Under the pieces are notes generated by a model. That model made no database searches. It had not been told where the DNA came from and was given only the letters and a program-made list of their open reading frames with translations. DNA of 64,000 nt from an uncultured delta proteobacterium (GTDB taxonomy: Bacteria > Desulfobacterota > RBG-13-43-22): assembly GCA_963743305.1 (NCBI GenBank), contig CAVUPH010000012.1:1-64000 (forward strand), written 5' to 3'. This document shows positions 29,311 to 39,887 of this stretch, piece by piece (the first letter of the stretch is position 1; each line of letters opens with the position of its first letter). A program made the translations under genes and the position numbers.

Positions 29311-29973
29311 ATGACCATTCGAAGATTAAAACTCCTTAAGAAAGAACAATACCCAAAACCCAAAAGGGGCGACCCCCTTCCTTTTTATTATTGGCCGGTC
29401 ATAGGAAAGCTGTATCGGGAAAGGGTAGAGCTTTGTTTAAACTCGTTACCCTTCGGGGGCCGGGTTCTGGAAGTCGGCTTTGGTTCTGGTCTTCTATTTC
29501 CCAGTCTCAAGGAGAGGTTTAAAGAAATTCACGGAATCGACCTCAATGCGGACATATCGGGAACCCAGGAGGTTTTCGACCGCTTAGGGATACCCACCTA
29601 TTTAAAACAAGGCAACATTCTTGATCTTCCCTACGAAGACCACTTTTTTGACGCCGTTCTATGTGTCAGCATTTTGGAACATCTCCAACCCGATTCTTTG
29701 CCCCGGGCAATGGATGAAATCAAAAGGGTTCTGAAGCCTTCAGGGAACCTGGTCTATGGGGTGCCGGTGGAACGCCCCTTGATGGTCATGATGTTCCATC
29801 TGTTGGGATACGCCATTCGAAGACATCACTTTTCCACTGAAAAAGATGTGGCTCGGGCGGCCGAGGCCAGTTTTGAACACATCAAAACCCGCACCTACAC
29901 TCCTTTCGGCGGCTGCCTGGGAGTATTGTACGAGGTGGGGGTTTATGAAAGGTCGAACCTTCCCGAACGTTAA
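29311..29973 (+). CDS. Class I SAM-dependent methyltransferase
   Basis: VLEVGFGSG, LPYEDHFFDAV, ILEHL, RVLKPSG. Confidence 0.88.
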   Translation: MTIRRLKLLKKEQYPKPKRGDPLPFYYWPVIGKLYRERVELCLNSLPFGGRVLEVGFGSGLLFPSLKERFKEIHGIDLNADISGTQEVFDRLGIPTYLKQGNILDLPYEDHFFDAVLCVSILEHLQPDSLPRAMDEIKRVLKPSGNLVYGVPVERPLMVMMFHLLGYAIRRHHFSTEKDVARAAEASFEHIKTRTYTPFGGCLGVLYEVGVYERSNLPER

Positions 29974-31357
29974 ACCGATGGTCTTCAAACAGTTTATTCC
30001 CCAAAAGATTTTCTTATTTTTGGGAGGACTTTTTGGGATTATTTTTCTACTGGTTACCCCGCCCTTCCAAGTCCCGGATGAATTTCAGCACTTTCTACAG
30101 GCGTATAATCTCTCGGAAGGAAGGTTTAGGGCCAGACTGATTGGAGGACGCGGGGGAGAAACCCTTCCAGCCAGCCTGTCCCATTTTGATAATACGCTGA
30201 ATCACGCCGTCGCCACCCATCCGGAAAATAAACAGAAACTGAAAAACCTTTTTATTCAATTCAAGCGGCCCCTCCACCCTGAACAGCGCCAAAATCTCCT
30301 TTTCCCCGATACCGCCCGTTATGCCCCTCTGGTTTACCTTCCCCAAGCCCTGGGCATTTTGCCTGGAAGATTGCTGGAGGCCTCCCCGCCGACAATATTT
30401 TACCTTGGCCGCCTGACTAATCTTCTGGTGTGGTTGATTCTGCTTTTTATAACCATTAGATTGATGCCCTTTTTTAAATGGGTAATCGTCTTTCTGGTTT
30501 TGACTCCCATGTCATTATTCCAGGCCGCTTCTCTTTCCGCGGATGGACTGGTTAATGGGATCGCCCTGTTGACCATTGCTGTTTTTCTTCATTTGGCCTT
30601 TGGCCCGGTAGCCCGAGTGAAATGGCGGCACTTGGGCTTACTTTTAGTGCTAGGCCTTTTGCTGGCCTTTGCCAAACAGGTTTATGTTTTACTGTTAGGC
30701 CTTTTCTTCCTCATCCCGCGGACTAAGTTTAAAGACCGATGGCATTGGACATTATCCGGATCAAGCACTCTTATTTTTGGTGGGCTAGCCCTTTTAGCTT
30801 GGTACTATCTCTATATGGGGCTATACCCCCCAGAGGCCGGCGACGGATCGGTTCACTTTTTCCCCCGAGAACAACTCTCTTTCATCTTGGAACACCCCTG
30901 GGCTTATTCCAAAATATTAGGGGCTACTTTAAGAAAATGGGTATTCCTTTGGCTGGCTATGTTCGTTGGTATTTTGGGTTGGATTGACACCCCTTTGCCT
31001 CGCTTAGTCTATTACACCTACTATCCGGTGCTCGGCGCCGTCGTTTGGGGGGACAATCAGCCTACGGTTTCAATGTCCTTAGCCTCTCGATTGACGTCTT
31101 TAGCAGTTTTTGTGATCTCTTTGCTGGGGATTTTAACCAGCCTGTATCTCACTTGGAACCGTCTGCAAGCTCCTATCATTTCAGGTCTTCAGGGAAGATA
31201 CCTGATTCCGATCGCTCCCCTGGCGGTTATTCCTTTTTACCGGCTAAAATCCAGATGGAAAACCGAGCAAGGAATTGGAAAATTTATCTGCTATTATTTA
31301 GTGACTATTCTATCAATAACAGTCTGGACTTTGATCAACCGGTATTATATGGGATAG
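29945..31357 (+). CDS. DUF2142 polytopic membrane protein (probable GT-C glycosyltransferase)
   Basis: TPPFQVPDE..H, YAPLVYLPQALG, S.SADG, G.LGW.DT, GLQGRYLIP. Confidence 0.85.
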   Translation: MKGRTFPNVKPMVFKQFIPQKIFLFLGGLFGIIFLLVTPPFQVPDEFQHFLQAYNLSEGRFRARLIGGRGGETLPASLSHFDNTLNHAVATHPENKQKLKNLFIQFKRPLHPEQRQNLLFPDTARYAPLVYLPQALGILPGRLLEASPPTIFYLGRLTNLLVWLILLFITIRLMPFFKWVIVFLVLTPMSLFQAASLSADGLVNGIALLTIAVFLHLAFGPVARVKWRHLGLLLVLGLLLAFAKQVYVLLLGLFFLIPRTKFKDRWHWTLSGSSTLIFGGLALLAWYYLYMGLYPPEAGDGSVHFFPREQLSFILEHPWAYSKILGATLRKWVFLWLAMFVGILGWIDTPLPRLVYYTYYPVLGAVVWGDNQPTVSMSLASRLTSLAVFVISLLGILTSLYLTWNRLQAPIISGLQGRYLIPIAPLAVIPFYRLKSRWKTEQGIGKFICYYLVTILSITVWTLINRYYMG

Positions 31358-31406
31358 TACTTAAAGCGCTAAAGTCCAGACCACCGCCCCTTTGACCTAG
31401 CTCCCC

Positions 31407-32540
31407 GTGAAAATTGCCGTCAACACCCTACCTTTGCTGGATAATCGCGCCGGTGCGGAGCGCTACACTCAGAATATCATACGGCACCTGATCGCCGTCG
31501 ATCCCCGCAACGTCTATTATCTGGTCTTGAGCCGAATCAACCAGACCTATTATGGCAGCGAAATGGAAAACGCCCGCAACCTGGTTTGGGGGGGCAACAC
31601 CCGGAATAAATTGATTCGTATCCTGGGTGAACAGGTCTATTTGCCCCGGTTGGTCCGGAGAAAAGGAATTGATCTCCTTTTTTCCCCCTGTAATATCGGT
31701 CCCCGGAACCCTTCCGTCCCAATGGTCATCACCCTCTTCGACCTCCACTGGCTTCGCTTTCCGGAATTATTCAGTCCCCTTCGTCTGGCTTATCTTCGCC
31801 GGGCGCTGACCTGGTCGACCCGTCAGGCCGAAGCCGTACTGACCATCTCCGAAAATTCCAAACAGGATCTGATCAACCTGCTCTCAGTGCCGGAAGAAAA
31901 GATCACCGTGACCTATGTGGGCTTGGATCCTCTGTTTCGAGAGATCCCCGAAAAATCCGAACTCCAGGACCTGCGTCGGCGTTACGGTCTGAAGGATCGA
32001 TTCATCCTCTCGGTTGGTCAACTTCATAAAAGAAAAAACATCCCGGGGCTGCTGCAGGCCTTCCGACGATTGGCCGACCATTCTCCCTGGAACGTCCAGT
32101 TGGTTCTGGCCGGCGGTGAGGGGGACGGCGCCGCGGAAGTCCGGGAGGCTGTTCGTCCGATTGGCCGGGATCGGGTGGTTTTCACCGGCTGTCTACCGGA
32201 TGAAGACCTGCTGCGGTTCTATCACGCCGCCGAATGCCTGGTGTATCCTTCTTTCTATGAAGGATTCGGGCTCCCCGTCCTGGAGGCCATGGCCTGCGGC
32301 TGCCCGGTGATTACTTCTAATGTCTCGTCTCTGCCCGAGGTCGCCGGGGAGGCCGCGCTTTTGATCGATCCCTATCGGATTGAGACTATTACCAACGCCT
32401 TGGTTTCGCTGTTAACCAATCCGGGTTTGGCCCAAACCCTTATCCAGAAAGGATTTGAGCAGGCCCGTCGGTTCACCTGGGAAGCCGCGGCTCGGAAAAC
32501 CCTGGATGTATTCGAAAAGGTTAAAGCCTCCCATGGCTGA
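31407..32540 (+). CDS. GT4 glycosyltransferase (mannosyltransferase-like)
   Basis: [39 protein letters not shown]. Confidence 0.92.
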   Translation: MKIAVNTLPLLDNRAGAERYTQNIIRHLIAVDPRNVYYLVLSRINQTYYGSEMENARNLVWGGNTRNKLIRILGEQVYLPRLVRRKGIDLLFSPCNIGPRNPSVPMVITLFDLHWLRFPELFSPLRLAYLRRALTWSTRQAEAVLTISENSKQDLINLLSVPEEKITVTYVGLDPLFREIPEKSELQDLRRRYGLKDRFILSVGQLHKRKNIPGLLQAFRRLADHSPWNVQLVLAGGEGDGAAEVREAVRPIGRDRVVFTGCLPDEDLLRFYHAAECLVYPSFYEGFGLPVLEAMACGCPVITSNVSSLPEVAGEAALLIDPYRIETITNALVSLLTNPGLAQTLIQKGFEQARRFTWEAAARKTLDVFEKVKASHG

Positions 32541-33303
32541 ACCGATCAGACCCTTGATTACCCTCTCGATCGTCAGCCATCGCCAGGGCGGAATGGTAAA
32601 CCACCTTTTGAAGGACCTGCAACAGGTTTGTCACGACCCCGCCCTGCGGGTTATCCTGACCCTGAATCTTCCGGAAAAACTTCCTTTTCACCCTGAAGAG
32701 TTCCCCTTCCCCGTCGATATACTTCAAAATTCCCGGCCCCTGGGGTTCGGGGCCAATCATAACCAAGCCTTTCGGCAGGCTTCGGGAACGTTTTTCGGAG
32801 TGTTGAACCCCGATCTTCGCCTTCGCCGGAATCCTTTCCCCTTATTATGTTCCGCCCTGGAGGCGGGGAAGGAGATCGGGGTGATCGCCCCCGGGGTGGA
32901 GGATGAGGTCAGCAATATCGCCGATAATGCCCGTTGCTTCCCCACCCCTTTGCGGATTCTGAAAAGGATCCTGGGCGACTCGCGGCAACCCGATTATCCC
33001 CCTGCCGGCAGGCCCATACCCGTGGATTGGCTGGCCGGTCTTTTTTTATTGTTTCCCTTCCGGCTCTTTACTGCTATCAAGGGATTCGATGAGCGCTATT
33101 TCATGTATTGTGAAGATGTGGATATCTGCGCCCGTTTTCGCCTGGCCGGGTATGGGGTCTTTTGGGATCCCAGGATCTCCGTCATCCACCAGGCCCAGCG
33201 CCACAGCCACCGCCGTTTGAACCACTTAAGCTGGCACGTGGTCAGTTTAGTTCGTTTTTTCAATTCCGAGGTTTTTACGGCGCTTAGACCGCATTTGTTA
33301 TGA
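32533..33303 (+). CDS. GT2 glycosyltransferase (WbbL/rhamnosyltransferase-like)
   Basis: GFGANHNQA, LNPD, GFDERYFMYCEDVDIC. Confidence 0.88.
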   Translation: MAEPIRPLITLSIVSHRQGGMVNHLLKDLQQVCHDPALRVILTLNLPEKLPFHPEEFPFPVDILQNSRPLGFGANHNQAFRQASGTFFGVLNPDLRLRRNPFPLLCSALEAGKEIGVIAPGVEDEVSNIADNARCFPTPLRILKRILGDSRQPDYPPAGRPIPVDWLAGLFLLFPFRLFTAIKGFDERYFMYCEDVDICARFRLAGYGVFWDPRISVIHQAQRHSHRRLNHLSWHVVSLVRFFNSEVFTALRPHLL

Positions 33304-34754
33304 AGACCTACATTGCCTTCTTTTTTATATCCTTGGTCGCGGCCTGGATCGTTACCCCCTGGACTCGCAACCTCGCGATCCGCTTCGGCGTTTTGGACCG
33401 GCCCAACCGGCGGAAGATTCACCAGGGTGAAATACCCCGACTGGGGGGAGTAGCCATTTTGGTGGCCACTATTCTCCCATTCATCGGGTTTTTGTTCCAT
33501 AGCAACCTGCTCTGGGAACAGATCCGTTTATTCTGGCAACCCCTGTCGGGTTTGGCGCTCGGCAGCTTGCTGGTCTTCAGTGTCGGTCTGTTGGATGACC
33601 GCTATCACTTATCGCCCTGGCCCAAATTGGCGGCCGAAATCCTGGCGGCCCTGGTGGCGGTCGCCTTCGGACTGCGGATCGAGTTTCTCAGCCAGCCCTT
33701 TGGCTGGCAGATAGACTTGCGCTGGCTGAGTTTCCCCCTCTCCGTCTTTTGGCTGGTGGGCATTACCAATGCCTTCAACCTGGCGGACGGACTGGATGGC
33801 CTGGCCACCGGGATCGCCACCTTCGCGGCCCTGATCCTCTTTTATATGACCTATGCCGGCGGCTATTCCGTGGCGGCCCTCCTGGCGATCGCTTTGGCCG
33901 GGGCCGCTCTGGGTTTCCTGCGCTATAACTTTTATCCGGCCACTATTTTTTTGGGAGATTCCGGCAGCCTCTTTCTGGGTTTTTACCTCGGCGGTCTTTC
34001 GCTCTGGGCCTCCGAAAAAAGCACCATCACCTTCGCCCTGCTGATCCCCATTGTGGCCCTGGGACTTCCCCTGGCGGATATGCTCTACGCCGTCCTGCGA
34101 CGCTGGATTCGGGGGGTTCCCCTAAAGCTCGCCGATCGGGAACATATTCATCATAAATTAATGGACATGGGTTTTGCCCAGAGGCCAACGGTCCTGATCC
34201 TATACGGGGTCAACATTTTCTTGGTCATTCTGGCCGGGGTACTGCTGATAACCCGCAATTCCCTGGCCGCCTATATCCTGGTTCTGCTGGGAGCGGCCCT
34301 GGTCATCGGCTCCCGGGTTTTAGGCTATTTCCGTTTTTCCCGCTTTGTGCGCCATCTGGTTCACCGTTGGAAAGACCTGCAGCAATCCAAATATGTGACC
34401 TTCCGGGCCCACTGGTTGCGGAAGGCTTTTGAAAAAGAGCCGTCTTTGGCCGGCCGCTGGGATTTGGCGGAGGACCTCTGGCCCGATCTGGGCTTTCGAC
34501 AGGTCCGGTTTATTCCCGCCCTTTCCCATTTCCCGGCCCTCGAGTGGCTGACAACGAACCCCGCCGACCCGGAAGGGAAGGAAAGCGAATTAATCCTGAC
34601 GCTTTCCATACTGGGACCACAGGGTTCTATCGGTTTATTAGAGATCACCTGGCTTTCCAATACCCAGCCGTTGCCGGCCGGTCTGGATAAAATCCTTTCC
34701 GTCATGGCTAACGATTTCGCTCGGGATATTTCCTCGCCGCCCTTGACACCTTAA
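33300..34754 (+). CDS. WecA/MraY-family undecaprenyl-phosphate sugar-1-phosphate transferase with a C-terminal extension
   Basis: RKIH....PRLGG, GLLDD, NLADGLDGLA, IFLGDSGS, DREHIHHKL. Confidence 0.92.
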   Translation: MKTYIAFFFISLVAAWIVTPWTRNLAIRFGVLDRPNRRKIHQGEIPRLGGVAILVATILPFIGFLFHSNLLWEQIRLFWQPLSGLALGSLLVFSVGLLDDRYHLSPWPKLAAEILAALVAVAFGLRIEFLSQPFGWQIDLRWLSFPLSVFWLVGITNAFNLADGLDGLATGIATFAALILFYMTYAGGYSVAALLAIALAGAALGFLRYNFYPATIFLGDSGSLFLGFYLGGLSLWASEKSTITFALLIPIVALGLPLADMLYAVLRRWIRGVPLKLADREHIHHKLMDMGFAQRPTVLILYGVNIFLVILAGVLLITRNSLAAYILVLLGAALVIGSRVLGYFRFSRFVRHLVHRWKDLQQSKYVTFRAHWLRKAFEKEPSLAGRWDLAEDLWPDLGFRQVRFIPALSHFPALEWLTTNPADPEGKESELILTLSILGPQGSIGLLEITWLSNTQPLPAGLDKILSVMANDFARDISSPPLTP

Positions 34755-34770
34755 CCCCCCCGAGGTCTCC

Positions 34771-36751
34771 TTGTCCCCTTCCGAAGCTGGCAGTAAACGG
34801 CAACCTGTAAATCCCCTCTGGATAATCGCTTTCTTTTTCCTAATGGCCGGGGGGGTGTTATTCTTCCACCTGCCGGAAAAATGGACCGCCGCACTGGTCG
34901 TCGGTTTCTTCCTTTCCCTGGCGGCTCTGCATCCTCTCAACGGGATCTCCTTTTTATTGCTGGTGATCCCCTTTTTTTTAGGAAATCCTTTCAAGCCTTA
35001 TATTTTCCTGCTGGAGATCTTCATTTATGGGACCCTGGTTTCCGCTTTTTTTCATTGGCGATCCCGGGAACGACGAGGGGCCTCTCCTTTAAAATTCCCG
35101 CTGCTGCTCTGGATTCTGGTAGCGGCCTTGAGCCTCCCGCTGGACGCCAGAGAACTCTATTACACCCTCTGGGCCTCGCCCGGCCGTGACCTTTTTTTTC
35201 AATGGCTCAGCGGGAATCCCGGCTACCCGGTTCACTTTTTTCGAATTCTCTGCAACGTAATAAGCGCGGTCGGCCTTTTTTGGGTTACCCTTCACTGGCT
35301 CAAAAAAGACTGCGAACCTTTCCTGATCAAAACCTGTCAAGCCCTGGTCGTCATGGGTGCCCTGATCGCGGGCCTGGGCCTGCTTTTTTTGTTTCAGTGG
35401 CTCCCCACGGGGCCGAAGCTATTTGAGTCTTTCCCTGGTTGGTGTTCATGAAGGCGCCATAACGGCCTTCGCCTTTAATCGGCAGTTTCTGGCCCAATAT
35501 TTGTTGCTCTGCCTGCCTTTTGCCGTTTATCTGGCTCAACGGTATGGCCGCCGACGGAATTATGCCGCTCTCTTATTGACCTCAGGGTCTCTGGCCCTTT
35601 TCATCCTGGCCTTAGGGGCCAGCATGCAGCGTTCGGCTTTTTTGGTCCTGTTCCTGCAAATCGGTTTTTTTTTCATAGGGATCGCCTGGTTCATTCGCCT
35701 CCCAAAAAGCCAAATCGCCTTACTCGGCCTCATCCCGCTGCTGATTGCCGCGGGATTGTTTCTTTTGGATTGGACGGTGTTCGATCAGCGGTTTATCCAT
35801 CGGCTTCAATATCTCGAGCAACGCGAGAATATCCGTCTTCAGCTCTGGCGCACGACCTGGGAGATGTTTTCCTTTTCTCCTTTATTGGGGATAGGCCTGG
35901 GACGGTATTACACTTTTTTCCCCGTTTTTTACCCCGGACCGCCGGAGGCCTGGAGACACTTCAACGTCAATCGGGGCAACGCCCACTCCATCTTTATCCA
36001 GCCTCTGGCCGAGCAGGGTCTCTTGGGATTTCTGTCCTTCCTGCTGCTGATAGGCGTGATTTTAACCATTGCCTTTAAAATGCTTAAAGGAGAAACCGAA
36101 AAAGAGAGGCTCTGGTTAGGCCTGTCAATCACCATCGCCCTGATAACCTGGCTGATCTTTGGGCTTTTTCACCATATCGCCTACGACCTCCGCTCCCTGG
36201 AAATTTTTTTCTGGATCTTTACCGCCTTTCTGCTGGTCCTGGCCCGGAGAACCGCCGGGTCTTTCCAACCTGGGAAAAAAATGGTTGTCGGGCTGATCCT
36301 TGCTTTGACCGCCGCCTTGGTCTGCCAGGTAAAACTGATAACCAACTACCCGATGGGAGAACATTTTCAAGTCGGTTTTTATCACTGGGAGAAACAAGCG
36401 GACGGCAGCCGGGTCCGCTGGATGGGCCAACGGGCCGCGGCGGTCCTCCCCGCGGGGACGGAAGAATTGATCTTGGAACTTCGCGCCCCGCTCCCAGGAA
36501 TAGAACAGCGGCCTCAAAGAGTCCGAATCCGACTTGATGAACGAACCTATGCCCTGACTCTGACTGACCGGGAATGGAGAAGGTTGGCCCTTCCCTTAAC
36601 TACCCCCGGGACCCGTCAGCACCTGATTTCGCTGGAAACGGCTTATACTTTTAATCCTGCCCGGTCCCTCGGCAGCCAGGACTCGAGGAACCTGGGGATA
36701 CAACTGAAAGATTTTGAACGGCGGCCTTTAGCAACCGCAAACCCTAGCTAA
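34771..36751 (+). CDS. O-antigen ligase / oligosaccharyltransferase family (Wzy_C) membrane protein, frameshift near 35415
   Basis: Many TM helices; R..LW....MF...PLLGIGLG, NAHS...LAEQG.LG; periplasmic tail GFYHWE...RWMG; two overlapping ORFs join. Confidence 0.8.
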
Positions 36752-36803
36752 AAATATTTGAAATATTTTTAAATTGACTTTTGTCTCTCCTGCCTTTTAA
36801 CAT
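36749..36803 (+). promoter_or_regulatory. 11-1-11 palindrome abutting a sigma70 promoter
   Basis: TAAAAATATTT-G-AAATATTTTTA (36749-36771), then TTGACT-18nt-TAACAT. Confidence 0.55.
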
Positions 36804-36844
36804 TATTTATTACACTTCTGGAATCGAGGCCTAAGAAGGTGGTG

Positions 36845-36958
36845 ATGTTCATGATATGGATCATGGAACGCCCGAAGAGGGCAAAACAGGGAATGTTGCT
36901 TAAGAGGAATTTTCAAAACATTGGAGGCATATCATGGGCAAAACCATTGCTGAAATAA
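36845..36958 (+). other. Met-rich upstream ORF (candidate leader peptide)
   Basis: AAGGTGGTG SD-like sequence; MFMIWIMERPKRAKQGMLLKRNFQNIGGISWAKPLLK*; overlaps the next start out of frame. Confidence 0.35.
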
Positions 36959-38094
36959 ACGAAAAGATCAAAAAAGGGAAGGCCGTGGTGGTTACGGCCG
37001 AGGAAATTATCGATTTAGTCAAAACCAAAGGAACCAAGAAAGCGTCCCAGGAAGTGGACGTGGTGACCACCGGGACCTTCAGTCCCATGTGCTCCTCGGG
37101 GGCCTACTTAAATATTAAACAGCCTATTCCCCGGATGAAAATCGGGGGCGGCCGCGCTTATTTCAATAACGTGCCGGTCTATACCGGCTTTGCCGCTGCC
37201 GATGTCCTGTTGGGCGCCAACGCCCTGCCCGACGATGACCCCCGCAACGCGGTCTATCCCGGACAATTTCTTTACGGCGGGGCACATGTCCTGGAAGCGC
37301 TGGTGGCGGGGAAAAGCATCGTTTATACCGCTTTCGCCTACGGAACCGACTGCTACCCTCTGAAAAAAAGGGAAGAAAGTCTGACCCTGAAGGATTTCAA
37401 TGACGCCGTGCTGTTTAATCCCCGTAACGGCTATCAGAATTATAATGTAGCCGTCAATCTCTCCGACAAGATAATCCACACCTATATGGGGGTCCTGCGG
37501 CCCCGAGCCGGCAACGCCAATTACTGCAGCGCCGGCCAACTCTCCCCCCTGTTGAACGATCCCCTCTACCGGACGATCGGCATCGGGACCCGCCTCTTTC
37601 TGGGAGGAGGAGTGGGCTACGTCTGCTGGCCGGGCACCCAGCATAATCCGGCAGTCCCCCGGGGAAAGAACAAGGTGCCCCGAGGCCCCGCCGGCACCCT
37701 GGGTGTCATCGGCGACCTGAAGGGCATGAACAGCCAATGGCTGCGCGGCGTCTCCTTTACCGGGTACGGTACCACTCTGGCCGTTGGCCTGGGAGTGCCC
37801 ATCCCCATCTTGGACGAAGAAATGGTCGCCTTTACTTCTGTCCGGGATGAAGATATCTGGACCAGGGTGGTGGATTACAGCTATGATTACCCTCAAGGAA
37901 CCGGAAAGGTCCTGGGCGAGGTCAATTATGGAGAATTGAAGTCCGGGAAAATCCGTTTTCTGGATAAGAACATCCCCACCGGAGGACTTTCCAGTTACTT
38001 TAAGGCGCGTGAGGTGGCTGAGATCTTGAAAAAGTGGATCCTCAAGGGAAAATTTTACCTGACCGAACCAGTGGCCCCGCTACCCTCCTCCTAG
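36934..38094 (+). CDS. DUF39 homocysteine biosynthesis protein (L-aspartate semialdehyde sulfurtransferase, MA1821/MJ0100-like)
   Basis: KTIAEINEKIKKGKAVVVTAEE, VDVVTTGTFSPMCSSG, AGQLSPLLNDP.YRTIGIGT. Confidence 0.9.
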   Translation: MGKTIAEINEKIKKGKAVVVTAEEIIDLVKTKGTKKASQEVDVVTTGTFSPMCSSGAYLNIKQPIPRMKIGGGRAYFNNVPVYTGFAAADVLLGANALPDDDPRNAVYPGQFLYGGAHVLEALVAGKSIVYTAFAYGTDCYPLKKREESLTLKDFNDAVLFNPRNGYQNYNVAVNLSDKIIHTYMGVLRPRAGNANYCSAGQLSPLLNDPLYRTIGIGTRLFLGGGVGYVCWPGTQHNPAVPRGKNKVPRGPAGTLGVIGDLKGMNSQWLRGVSFTGYGTTLAVGLGVPIPILDEEMVAFTSVRDEDIWTRVVDYSYDYPQGTGKVLGEVNYGELKSGKIRFLDKNIPTGGLSSYFKAREVAEILKKWILKGKFYLTEPVAPLPSS

Positions 38095-38148
38095 CCCTTG
38101 GGGTCCCGGGGACGTCCTTTTGCGGTATACTGAATCAAGGAGAGTACC

Positions 38149-38556
38149 ATGGCAAAGAAAAAAGTAATCTTGACCTTTCCGCCGGCGCTGATCGAAGAAC
38201 CGGTAACCTACAATCTGATAAAAAACTATGACTGCAAAATTAATATCCTCAAGGCGACGGTGCGCCCGAAGGAAAAAGGCCGTTTGGTGATTGAATTGAA
38301 CGGCCATAAAGAGGCGGTAAGTCGCGGATTAAATTACCTGAAGGAGATCGGGATCCAGGTGGAACCCCTGGCCCAGGAAGTCCGCTATCTAAAAGACCGC
38401 TGCGCCCATTGCACGGCCTGTATCCCCCACTGCCCCACCGAGGCGCTCTCACTCGACCGGGAGGAAATGAAAGTTTCCTTTCACGGCGAGCGCTGTATCA
38501 TCTGTGAGGCCTGTTTGCCCGTCTGCTCCTACAAGGCCATGGAGATCCAGTTTTAG
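38149..38556 (+). CDS. NIL-domain 2x[4Fe-4S] ferredoxin (MA1822-like partner)
   Basis: NIL motif INILKA; CAHCTACIPHCP and CIICEACLPVC. Confidence 0.9.
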   Translation: MAKKKVILTFPPALIEEPVTYNLIKNYDCKINILKATVRPKEKGRLVIELNGHKEAVSRGLNYLKEIGIQVEPLAQEVRYLKDRCAHCTACIPHCPTEALSLDREEMKVSFHGERCIICEACLPVCSYKAMEIQF

Positions 38557-38676
38557 TCGCCCCGGGAACTGAATCGTGAGGCAAAAAGGGAATAAAAGCG
38601 AAAAACGCTGCGATAAGACGGATTCGGGACCTTTTAGAACCCGCCAAGAAATAAGCTGTACAATGGCGCGGTATCT

Positions 38677-38758
38677 CCGTTCATGCTGAGCTTGTCGAAG
38701 CATGGCCGTATCGTTCACCCTTCGACTGCTCGACAGGCTCGCAGCTCAGGGCGAACGG
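38677..38758. repeat. REP-like palindromic element
   Basis: CCGTTCATGCTGAGCTTGTCGAAG ... CTTCGAC...GCTCAGGGCGAACGG inverted pair between convergent genes. Confidence 0.65.
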
Positions 38759-38805
38759 TTGTAGCGTCGCTTTATCAAGGTTATTTGTTTACAGATCCTT
38801 AATTC

Positions 38806-38837
38806 GGGGCGGGGGACCCCCCCCGCCCCTTTCGTTT
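38806..38837 (+). terminator. Intrinsic terminator hairpin
   Basis: GGGGCGGGGG-loop-CCCCCGCCCC followed by TTTCGTTT. Confidence 0.6.
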
Positions 38838-38859
38838 GAGTCTCTTTCGCCGGGTCGGA

Positions 38860-39657
38860 CTATTTCTCGGGCCATTCCAACCGTATGTCCCGACCCAGAA
38901 AATCCCGGGCGATGGTTTGGGCATTCGGGGTGAGGTCCGACACAAAAAAACGATGCCCCCCTTCAGCCCCTTCGGCGGCCGACAGCGTCCCGGCGACGTC
39001 CGGGTTTTCTTCCAGGTAGGTCTTTACCCAACCCGCCACCTCCTCCGAAGAATCAATCACCCGAACGCGGCGTCCGATCTTGTTCTGGATAATCGGTTTA
39101 AGCAGGGGATAATGGGTGCAACCCAACACCAGGGCATCGAGCTGCCTCAGCTTCAACGGGAAGAGGTATTTCCGGACGATCTGCTTGGTTTCCGGGCGCT
39201 TCAGCCAACCTTCCTCCACCAAAGGCACCAGCAAGGGGCAGGCCTGGGAAAATACCTGGATATCACCCCGCAAGGTTTTTAGAGAGCGTTCATAGACACC
39301 GCTGCCGATAGTGGCCCGAGTGCCGATGACCCCCACCCGCAAATTGCGGGTCACTTCCAGCGTCCTTTTTACCGCAGGGGCGATGACTTCGAAAATCGGG
39401 ACAGCATATTTTTCCCGGAGGATATCCGCAGCCACCGACGAAACGGAATTACAGGCGATGACAATAATCTTCGCTCCCTGAGCCAAAAGAAATTCCATAT
39501 CCTCGATGGCGTATTCGGTAATGGTTTTAGGACTTTTGGTGCCGTAGGGGGTCCGAGCCGTATCCCCGAAATAAACGATCCGATATTCGGGAAGTTGCTC
39601 CAATATTTCGCGCACCACGGTTAATCCGCCGATGCCGGAATCAAAAATACCGATCAT
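38860..39657 (-). CDS. murI: Glutamate racemase
   Basis: IGIFDSGIGGLTV, IACNS, LGCTHYP. Confidence 0.97.
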   Translation of the reverse strand: MIGIFDSGIGGLTVVREILEQLPEYRIVYFGDTARTPYGTKSPKTITEYAIEDMEFLLAQGAKIIVIACNSVSSVAADILREKYAVPIFEVIAPAVKRTLEVTRNLRVGVIGTRATIGSGVYERSLKTLRGDIQVFSQACPLLVPLVEEGWLKRPETKQIVRKYLFPLKLRQLDALVLGCTHYPLLKPIIQNKIGRRVRVIDSSEEVAGWVKTYLEENPDVAGTLSAAEGAEGGHRFFVSDLTPNAQTIARDFLGRDIRLEWPEK

Positions 39658-39887
39658 GTCTCCTCACATTCTTTCGTTTTTGACAGCTAAACAGATATTC
39701 GGTTACCTGTCAAGATGATAGCCTCGGGAAGGATCTTGCTGAACGTCCCCGGGGACATTTTAACTGAACAGCCGAACCCGGCGACCCGGCCAGGCCGCTC
39801 TGATTAACGCCAGGTCTTCGATTTCATCCTTGACAGAATCTCTGGCCCCTTGTTATTTTATATTGTTATATTTCTTAGGATCGCTTC

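Noticed and set aside
36800-36933. SAM riboswitch upstream of the homocysteine genes
   Set aside because: Lacks the ATC.AGAG / GCAACC / GTGC.AA core of SAM-I and any clear terminator
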